DNA of 45,010 nucleotides from a bacterium (GTDB taxonomy: Bacteria; Desulfobacterota; DSWW01): the NCBI GenBank assembly GCA_040756235.1, contig JBFLZG010000010.1, forward strand, positions 1 through 45,010. The letters run 5' to 3'. Below the pieces are notes generated by a model, which did no database searches, was not told where the DNA came from, and saw nothing but the letters and a program-made list of their open reading frames with translations. Shown piece by piece: positions 9,104 through 15,985 of this stretch (positions are counted from its first letter, which is position 1; each line of letters begins with the position of its first letter). The position numbers were made by a program, and so were the translations under genes.

Positions 9104-9201
9104 GAAAATTTCCAAGAAAATCTTCAAAAATTTTCCAGACCCAAAAAACTTGCGTCGCGAAGCCAAAAGGCGACCGCCGGGGCGATCTTTAGGAGGTTCC
9201 A

Positions 9202-9450
9202 ATGCGAGATCCGGGCGTCCTCCTCGGCATTGGATCACAGGGAGGGGCCGAGACTGTCCAGGCCTTGCAGAACGCAAGGCAGGCGCTGTCGACCAACGGC
9301 GTGACTCTCATCGCGGCCCTCCCCGATTGTCACGATCCCGGCGGAACTCTCCAAGCTCTTCAAGGTCGTCCCGTTCGAACTCCCCACCCGGGAGGGACTG
9401 CGAGAGGTCTTCGTCGAGATCGCCGCAGCCGCAAACCTTGGGGAGCAGCA
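9202..9450 (+). pseudogene. Frameshifted fragment of a Ycf46-like AAA ATPase (N-terminal region)
   Basis: AETVQALQNARQALSTNGVTLIA, then +1 shift near 9319, then SPIVTIPAELSKLFKVVPFELPTREGLREVFVEIA. This matches the Ycf46-type pattern (V.AL.N.......LI..SP.V.IP.EL.K.F.V..F.LP.RE.L). No Walker motifs follow. Confidence 0.5.
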
Positions 9451-9466
9451 ACTCTCTCTCCCCGCC

Positions 9467-9495
9467 TTTACACGAAATCCGTGCTACACCAAAAT
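9467..9495 (+). promoter_or_regulatory. Putative promoter/operator of the TA operon
   Basis: TTTACA-N17-CAAAAT containing the inverted repeat CACG-N5-CGTG (9471-9483), 40 bp before the antitoxin ATG. Confidence 0.45.
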
Positions 9496-9535
9496 ATTGC
9501 AGGGAGTAACCACGGAAGATGGCAGGAGAGAAAAC

Positions 9536-9778
9536 ATGAAGAATGTCACGATAACCCTCGAAGAAGAGGTCGCACGGTGAGCGCGAATCCGGGCCGCCGA
9601 GCGGGAAACCAGCGTCTCACGGCTTGTAGGAGAGATGCTCCGGGAAGAAATGCTCGAGGAAGAGAGCTACCAGACGGCGATGCACCAATACCTTTCCCGG
9701 GCTCCTCGCTGGCTCAAGAGCCCTGGCGCAAAATACCCCAAGCGGAAGGACCTTCATGAGCGAAAGCGTGTTCGTTGA
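9536..9778 (+). pseudogene. CopG/ribbon-helix-helix (DUF6364-like) antitoxin with premature stop
   Basis: MKNVTITLEEEVAR*ARIRAAERETSVSRLVGEMLREEM...KYPKRKDLHERKRVR*. The TGA at codon 15 (9578-9580) sits where Trp is expected. RBS GGAGAG. Confidence 0.75.
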
Positions 9779-10007
9779 CACGAACGTCCTGGTCTACGCT
9801 CAGCTCGTATATCTCCAACCGCTTGAACCTGGCCGTATCCATGGCTAATTTCTTCACGGCCAGGCGCCCAATGGCAAGACTCCCTATGGCCAAAGCTCCG
9901 ACTGCCAGGGCACTCAGGCTCGCGACCGCCAGGGCCGTTGCCGCCCTGGCAAATACCATCTGAGACTCTGCCCTTGGATAGATCAGCTCATCCCTCTTTC
10001 GAGCCAT
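9714..10007 (-). CDS. Small hypothetical protein with hydrophobic (G-x-L-A-I) repeats; 3' end probably replaced by a deletion junction
   Basis: ATG 10007 with AGGAGG; ...SALAVGALAIGSLAIGRLAVKKL...RLEIYELSV, then reads into the antisense of the TA relic. Confidence 0.55.
   Translation of the reverse strand: MARKRDELIYPRAESQMVFARAATALAVASLSALAVGALAIGSLAIGRLAVKKLAMDTARFKRLEIYELSVDQDVRVNEHAFAHEGPSAWGILRQGS
9756..9848 (+). pseudogene. Truncated PIN-domain (VapC-like) toxin, first ~15 codons only
   Basis: Overlaps the antitoxin end; MSESVFVDTNVLVYA is the canonical PIN N-terminus. Similarity stops at ~9800 and a stop follows at 9846-9848. Confidence 0.75.
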
Positions 10008-10290
10008 CTTCGAAATCCTCCTGATCCTGGGCATTACCTTGTCTCATGACCTCTAACGGTCACCGCACGAGTTGTGCCACTGCCCCACGATCGCAAGCGG
10101 GCGCGTCGGTCTCAGGGGAGGAGAAGCCAACCCTACCCAAAAAACCACTGAAAGCATCTAGTTTAGTGGAGCGGTAAGATGAAGGCTTTGCAGCACTTCC
10201 CAGCCTTCCAGGAGGCCAGCATCAACCGCGAGGAGCATGGCAGGATGTCACTTGCAGGCTTGTTGCGGGCGGCAACGAAAAGCGGCTCTT

Positions 10291-10371
10291 TGGTTGGAAA
10301 TGGGGCTGGAAAATGCCCAAGGCGAGATGAAAAATAAGCTTAGCTTACCTCTATAACCTTTTGATTTGAAT
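10291..10371. mobile_element. Putative attachment-site remnant at the 3' end of tRNA-Arg
   Basis: Direct repeat TGGAAA at 10295 and 10307, plus an exact IHF consensus (AATCAA-AAGG-TTA, minus strand 10366-10354) abutting the tRNA CCA end. Confidence 0.45.
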
Positions 10372-10447
<76 letters not shown>

Positions 10448-10503
10448 GCACGCGCGAATGGAAGGGCACGATTCGAGGCCGCCCACCCGTGCTCGAAGCT
10501 CTT

Positions 10504-10532
10504 TTTATAGCACCTTTGAGGGGCCCTTTCAA
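10504..10532 (-). promoter_or_regulatory. sigma70 promoter of tRNA-Arg
   Basis: TTGAAA-N17-TATAAA with extended -10 TG. Confidence 0.7.
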
Positions 10533-10677
10533 ATGGGCTGCGGCTGAAAGGGCGGCCCCGGAGCGGGCCCGCCCCGGAGCGCCAGGGAGGAGCCTGACCC
10601 CGTTGTGCGGCCGCCGGCCGGCGTGTTAGTCTAGTATCAGCATGAATAACCTGATTAGATCTTGAGGTTCGAGCTCG

Positions 10678-11580
10678 ATGAGCGACGTCTCCGAAAAACG
10701 CACCAAGAGGCTACGGCTGCTGCTGGAAAGCGCGGTGCTGCTGGCGCGGGCCGAGGACATCCGCCGGATCCTGATTCTCGTGCGCGAGACCCTGGAGAAC
10801 AGATGCCTGGACCGGGAATCACTGCCGAGCAAACCTTCGATCCTGTGGGCCCTGGACTCGAGAATCCAGAACTACGAACCGCCGGCTGGTCAGGACTGTT
10901 TCTATCTGCACCTGCCGGACACGATGCCGCTGGAAGCGCTGGAGCTATGCCTGCAAACGGCCGTTAAGCTGGAGCGGGTCAAGATGGGAGAGAGGATCCT
11001 CTGCCTCTTCCCTCTGGCGAACCCCTTCGAGATCGATTCCATGACCAGCATCCAGCTCAGGGAAAAAGCCGGTTATATCTCTCTGCAGAAGCTGGCGAAG
11101 CTGGCAGACTCCATCCCGGTTCCGGTGCTCCAGTCCGTGCTGACCGTTGCCATGGAGGTGGCCCGGGAAGGCCGGGAGGGCAGTTCCGTCGGGGCGCTGT
11201 TCGTGGTCGGGGACTCGCAGAAGGTCCTGGAGGCTTCCAAGGCCATGATCATGAACCCGTTCCACGGTTACCCCGAGGACCAGCGCAGGATCACGGACCC
11301 GTCGCTCATCGAAACCGTCAAGGAGATCTGCCAGATCGACGGAGGCTTCATCATCCGCAGCGACGGCGTGATCCTGTCCGCGGGCCGCTACATCGACACG
11401 ACCGCCAAGGGAGTGCAGGTGCCCAGAGGGCTGGGAGCGCGGCACATGGCGGCGGCCGCGATCTCCAAGTCGACCGACGCCATCGCGGTCGCGGTCTCCG
11501 CTTCCACCCGCACCGTGCGCGTCTTCCGCAAAGGCAAGATCGTGCTGGAAACCAAGCCGCTGCGCGGGCTGTGGATCTGA
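10678..11580 (+). CDS. Diadenylate cyclase (DisA_N/DAC domain, DacZ/CdaZ-like, soluble)
   Basis: AREGREG..VGALFVVGD, NPFHGYP, KEICQIDGGFII (DGA motif variant), GLGARHMAAAAIS (RHR motif variant), AVAVSAS. Confidence 0.85.
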   Translation: MSDVSEKRTKRLRLLLESAVLLARAEDIRRILILVRETLENRCLDRESLPSKPSILWALDSRIQNYEPPAGQDCFYLHLPDTMPLEALELCLQTAVKLERVKMGERILCLFPLANPFEIDSMTSIQLREKAGYISLQKLAKLADSIPVPVLQSVLTVAMEVAREGREGSSVGALFVVGDSQKVLEASKAMIMNPFHGYPEDQRRITDPSLIETVKEICQIDGGFIIRSDGVILSAGRYIDTTAKGVQVPRGLGARHMAAAAISKSTDAIAVAVSASTRTVRVFRKGKIVLETKPLRGLWI

Positions 11581-11599
11581 CCGGCTTCAGGCGGACGTC

Positions 11600-13600
11600 T
11601 CAACCGTCCTCCTGCGATTCGGCGGGAGAGGGACGGGCGTCCTCCCGGTCGTCCTGGTCCTCCTGGACCAGCTCTTCCCATCTCCGGTAGCGGTCCTTGA
11701 GCCGCCCTCTCAGCTCCTCGACGCGCTCGTGCAGGTCCCGCAAGCGCAGGTAGTGGGTGGCCACGGCCGGGCTGGCCATCTCCAGCTCCAGAGAACCGAT
11801 TTCGCGCTCCAGCTCTTCGAGCTCGGCTTCGATCGCCCGGATCTCCCGCTTGCGCTTCTGCTGCTTTCTCTGGAGCGCCTTCTGGGCTTCCTTCTGCTGG
11901 ATCCGTTCCTGCTTGGCCTCCCTTCGCTCCCCATCCGGAGCGCCCGCCGGGCGGCTCACCGGCTCGCCCTCGGTCAGGAGCACCAGCCTGCCGGACCCTC
12001 GCTCGCGCGCAAGCAGGTAGTCCTCGTACGTTCCATGAAAGCTCCACACGTGACCTTCCCGGATCTCGATGATGCGGGTGGCGACCTCCTGGATGAAGTA
12101 GCGGTCGTGGCTCACGAACAGGAGCGTTCCGCCGTAGGCCCGCAGCGCATCCACGAGGGCCTGCCGGCTCTTCAGGTCCAGGTGGTTCGTCGGCTCGTCC
12201 AGCAGCAGGAGGTGATGGCGCCTGAGCATCAGGGCGGCGAGCGCCAGCCGTGCTCGTTCGCCTCCGCTCAGGACCGACCGGGGCTTGAACACGTCCTCTC
12301 CGCGGAACAGGAAGGCCCCGAGAAAGGTGCGCAGTCTCTCCGCGGTCTCGTTGGGGACCAGGGCGTGCAAGGTCTCCAGAACGGTCTGATGGTCCTGCAG
12401 GCCATGATACGGGTCCTGCAGATACCAGCCGGTCGAGACCTTTTCCTCCACGAAAAGCACGCCGCGATCAAAGGCCTCCTGACCTGCCAGAATCCTCAGG
12501 AGCGTGGACTTGCCGGCGCCGTTGGGCCCGAGCACGGCGATGCGCTCGAGTCTTTCCACGGCCAGGGTCAAGCCCGCAAAAAGCCTCTTTCCCGGGTACG
12601 ACTTGTCCAGCCCCAGAACCTCCAGGATCTTTCGGGGGGTGCGGCCCGGGGTCGGGAAGCGCAGCCGGACGGCGGTCTCCTTGCGCACCGCCTCCCTCAC
12701 CTCCAACTTCTCCAGTTGCCGTATCCGGCTCTGGACCTGCCGGGCCCGGTCCTTGCGCACCCGGTTTTTCGCAATGAAGGACTCGACGCGCCGGATCTGG
12801 TCCTGCTGCTGCAGGTAGAGCTCTTCGGCCTTCTCTTCTCTCTTCTCTTTTTCCGTTATGTATTTAGAATAGTTACCAGCATATACTTCAAGTTTTTTAT
12901 TACGTACTTCGACGACCTTTTCGGCCAGCAGGTCCAACAGATGGCGATCGTGGGAGACGAGCACGAAGCCGGCCTTCTGCTCCCGCAGGTAGCCTTCCAG
13001 CCAGTTCTTTGCTTCCAGGTCGAGATGAGCGGTCGGCTCGTCCAGCAGCATCAGGTCGGGCTCTCGCGCCAGGATCTTGGCCAGCCCGACGCGCATCTGC
13101 CAACCTGCCGAGTACTCTTCAACGGGCCTCTCATACTCCTCGGCCCCGAATCCCAGCCCGGAGAGGATCCTCTTCAGCCGGGCCTCCTGGGCGTATCCTT
13201 CCCCGTGCAGATACGAGGTCTCGATCTCCCCGTACTGCTCGAGGCTCTTTGCGTATTCGGGGTGCTCGGGCGTGAGGCTCGAGATCTTATGCAGAAGGAC
13301 CGTGCGCCGTTCCTGTGCCTCGACCCACTCCGGGAGCGCGGTGAGGATCTCCTCCCACAGGGTCTGCCCCTGGTACGACAGCCCGCTCTGGGGCAGGTAG
13401 CCGACGAGCATGTCCTTTTGCCGATGGACCCGCCCGCTCGTGGGCTCGAGCATGCCGGAAGCGATCTTGAGAAGGGTGCTCTTTCCGGACCCGTTCTCCC
13501 CGATCAGGGCGATCCGATCGTCCGGCTTCACGGTCAGGCTGGCGCCTTCCAGGATCGGTTTCCCGTCGAAGCTCATCGAGATGTCGTCGAGTGAGAGCAA
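11600..13600 (-). CDS. ABC-F family ATP-binding protein
   Basis: Two ABC domains (GENGSGKST/LLDEPTAHLD; GPNGAGKST/LSGGE/LLDEPTNHLD), VSHDR motifs, no TM, C-terminal coiled coil. TTG start at 13600 after GGAGG. Confidence 0.93.
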   Translation of the reverse strand: MLSLDDISMSFDGKPILEGASLTVKPDDRIALIGENGSGKSTLLKIASGMLEPTSGRVHRQKDMLVGYLPQSGLSYQGQTLWEEILTALPEWVEAQERRTVLLHKISSLTPEHPEYAKSLEQYGEIETSYLHGEGYAQEARLKRILSGLGFGAEEYERPVEEYSAGWQMRVGLAKILAREPDLMLLDEPTAHLDLEAKNWLEGYLREQKAGFVLVSHDRHLLDLLAEKVVEVRNKKLEVYAGNYSKYITEKEKREEKAEELYLQQQDQIRRVESFIAKNRVRKDRARQVQSRIRQLEKLEVREAVRKETAVRLRFPTPGRTPRKILEVLGLDKSYPGKRLFAGLTLAVERLERIAVLGPNGAGKSTLLRILAGQEAFDRGVLFVEEKVSTGWYLQDPYHGLQDHQTVLETLHALVPNETAERLRTFLGAFLFRGEDVFKPRSVLSGGERARLALAALMLRRHHLLLLDEPTNHLDLKSRQALVDALRAYGGTLLFVSHDRYFIQEVATRIIEIREGHVWSFHGTYEDYLLARERGSGRLVLLTEGEPVSRPAGAPDGERREAKQERIQQKEAQKALQRKQQKRKREIRAIEAELEELEREIGSLELEMASPAVATHYLRLRDLHERVEELRGRLKDRYRRWEELVQEDQDDREDARPSPAESQEDG

Positions 13601-13704
13601 AGCCGAACCTCCCTGACCTTCAAGAAATAGCACAGGGCCATGGGGTGTGTACATGAGCGCAGCCGGCTCGGCGAGCCGGCTGCGCCAGCGGTTGCACCTC
13701 TTCA

Positions 13705-13800
13705 TTCCTTCTCCCCTCGCCGAGGGGAGAAGGCCAGGATGAGGGGTGCATCTGCTCTCGTTTCCCCCTCACCCTGTCCCCCCGGGTGCGGGGGAGAGGG
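13705..13800. repeat. Inverted pair of palindromic REP-like repeats (CCTTCTCCCC..GGGGAGAAGG..GAGGGG type)
   Basis: 13705-13746 and 13764-13800 are degenerate inverted copies; a third copy is at 28523-28560. Confidence 0.7.
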
Positions 13801-13916
13801 TAATCCTTAACCAGGAGTTGCCGCCGTCCTCGCGCTCTGTAGAATGGAGCTTGTCTCAAAGGTCGCAGGTGAGATGCATTCTGCTTTCACCTTTCGCCTT
13901 GGACCTTTTTGCCGCG

Positions 13917-14432
13917 ATGGCCAAGACGCCGGAACTCTACCTGGATACCTGCCCATCTCCCCTGGGGCCGATCTGGTTCGCCTCGGACGCGCTGGGGCTC
14001 GTTCGGGTCCTGATCGGGAGCCGGACGAACCTGGAGAGTCAATTGCTCCGACGATTCGGTCCGGGAGACCTCCGCGCGGGCGGAGACCACAATCGGACGT
14101 TCAGGAGAGAGCTTGGGGAGTACTTTTCCGGGAACCTGAGAGAGTTCGAGACTCCTCGCCACGCTTCCGGCACGGCCTTCCAGGAACGCGTCTGGGCCCT
14201 GGTCTGCCGGATCCCCTATGGCGCGACGAAGACCTACGGCGAGATCGCGCGCGAGCTCGGCGGCCCGCGGGCCGCGCGCGCGGTGGGACACGCGAACGGG
14301 CGCAACCCCCTGCCGATCCTCATCCCCTGTCACCGCCTGGTGGCGGCCGACGGCGGCCTCCGCGGCTACTGCGGCGGGGTCGACAAGAAAAGGTGGCTTC
14401 TCCGATGGGAGCAGAACCCGACATCATCGTAA
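13917..14432 (+). CDS. ogt: Methylated-DNA--protein-cysteine methyltransferase
   Basis: GTAFQERVW, IPYG.T.TYGEIA, AARAVG.ANGRNP, active-site PCHR, GY.GG..KK.WLL..E. Confidence 0.93.
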   Translation: MAKTPELYLDTCPSPLGPIWFASDALGLVRVLIGSRTNLESQLLRRFGPGDLRAGGDHNRTFRRELGEYFSGNLREFETPRHASGTAFQERVWALVCRIPYGATKTYGEIARELGGPRAARAVGHANGRNPLPILIPCHRLVAADGGLRGYCGGVDKKRWLLRWEQNPTSS

Positions 14433-14665
14433 GATACGTGAAGGTGGTGCCGCGCCACATCGTATTGCTCAAGTCCCTCCTGGAGGGCTACGAGGGACTG
14501 GTGGTCGTGCGCACCCAGGACCCGAGGGAAGGAATCGTCCAGCTCCTGATCAGCCCGGACTTCGGCGAGGACATGGAAGAGATCCTGCGGGACCTTTCCC
14601 GGCACATGCGCATACAGCCTATTCCTGCCCCTGAGACTTCCACAGGGGATCGTTCTCCCTGGTGA
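14405..14665 (+). CDS. DUF4911 family protein
   Basis: MGAEPDIIVRYVKVVPRHIVLLKSLLEGYEGLVVVRTQDPREGIVQLLISPDF... fits the family pattern (E.YEG....T.D...G.V). Confidence 0.75.
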   Translation: MGAEPDIIVRYVKVVPRHIVLLKSLLEGYEGLVVVRTQDPREGIVQLLISPDFGEDMEEILRDLSRHMRIQPIPAPETSTGDRSPW

Positions 14666-15959
14666 CCAACGAGGACTCGAGCATCCGCTCCGGCAGCCGC
14701 TCCTGCCAGCGCGGCCGGTCCTCCTGGGCGCCGATGATCCGTCCTTTCGGAATGACCACGATGCCGGAGTCGGTGACGAAGAAGCGCTTGCGGTCCTCTG
14801 CCAGGTCGTAGCCGATCCGTGTGCCGGGCAGGATATCGACGTACTTGTCGATGATGGCCCTGCGGATGCGGGCATAGCGGCCGACGTTGACCGATTCCAT
14901 GAGGACCGACTCCTCGACCAGCGCAAAGCTGTTGATGCGGACCTGCGCCGAGAGGACCGAACGAGAGACCTTCCCCCCGCTGATGATGCAGCCGCTCGAG
15001 ATCACGGAGTCCAGCGCCTGGCCGCGGCGGGCGTTCTCGCCCTCGTCGGCAAAGACCATCTTCACCGGCGGGAACTGGGGCTGGTAGGTGCGCACCGGCC
15101 AGCGCTTGTCGTAGAGGTTGAAATGAGGGGTGACCGCCACCAGGTCCAGGTTGGCCTCGTAGTAGGCTTCGAGCGTCCCGATGTCCCTCCAGTACGGAGG
15201 CTCGGTCAGGTTCTCGTCCACGAACGGGTATGCGAACAGCCGCCTTCTGCCCGCGGCCTGAGGCAGGATGTCGCGGCCGAAGTCGTGGCGGCTCCCTTCC
15301 TCGACCGCCTCCGGAATCAGCTCCTCGAACAGCGTGGCCGTGTTGAAGATGTAGATCCCCATGGAGGCGTAGATCTTGTCCGGCGACCCCGGAATGGTCC
15401 TGGGCTCGACCGGCTTCTCCTCGAAACCGACGATGCGGTTGTCCCAGTCCACGTCCAGGACCCCGAGCTGGGTGCTCTGGCTCCTGGGCATCTTGACCAC
15501 GCCCACCGTGACCTCGGCCTTCCGCTCGATGTGGAACCGGAGCATCTTCGAATAATCCATCTTGTAGATGTGGTCTCCCGCCAGGATCAGGACGTATTCC
15601 GGGTCCTCCCTCTCGATCGTGTAGAAGTTCTGGTAGATGGCGTCCGCGGTGCCCCGGTACCAGTACTCACCGACCCGTTGCTGGGCCGGGATGACATCGA
15701 TGTATTCGTCCAGCTCGCTGTTGAAGATGTTCCATCCCATCTTGATGTGCCGGGCCAGGGAGACCGACTTGTACTGGGTCAGGATGTTGATCCTGCGGAT
15801 ACCGGAGTTGATGCAGTTGGAGAGGGTGAAATCGATGATGCGATAGATGCCGCCGAACGGCACCGCGGGCTTGGCCCTGTCCCGGGTCAGCGGATACAGC
15901 CGTTCCCCCTTGCCGCCCGCCATGACGAAGGTGGAAAGCTTTCTCAGGATTTCGAACAT
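14619..15959 (-). CDS. glgC: Glucose-1-phosphate adenylyltransferase
   Basis: MAGGKGERLYPLTRDRAKPAVPFGG, WYRGTADA, LAGDHIYKMDY, ASMGIYIF, YWRDIGT. Confidence 0.97.
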   Translation of the reverse strand: MFEILRKLSTFVMAGGKGERLYPLTRDRAKPAVPFGGIYRIIDFTLSNCINSGIRRINILTQYKSVSLARHIKMGWNIFNSELDEYIDVIPAQQRVGEYWYRGTADAIYQNFYTIEREDPEYVLILAGDHIYKMDYSKMLRFHIERKAEVTVGVVKMPRSQSTQLGVLDVDWDNRIVGFEEKPVEPRTIPGSPDKIYASMGIYIFNTATLFEELIPEAVEEGSRHDFGRDILPQAAGRRRLFAYPFVDENLTEPPYWRDIGTLEAYYEANLDLVAVTPHFNLYDKRWPVRTYQPQFPPVKMVFADEGENARRGQALDSVISSGCIISGGKVSRSVLSAQVRINSFALVEESVLMESVNVGRYARIRRAIIDKYVDILPGTRIGYDLAEDRKRFFVTDSGIVVIPKGRIIGAQEDRPRWQERLPERMLESSLVTRENDPLWKSQGQE

Positions 15960-15985
15960 CGAACCCTCCCGGATCGCCCGGCCTC

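Noticed and set aside
9578..9580. In-frame TGA as selenocysteine or genetic-code reassignment
   Set aside because: The position corresponds to Trp in an antitoxin, the partner toxin is also destroyed, and many genes here use TGA as a normal stop.
12848..12910. AT-rich patch as a dif (XerCD) site
   Set aside because: No 11-6-11 arrangement with a TTATGTTAAAT-like XerD arm opposite a XerC arm.
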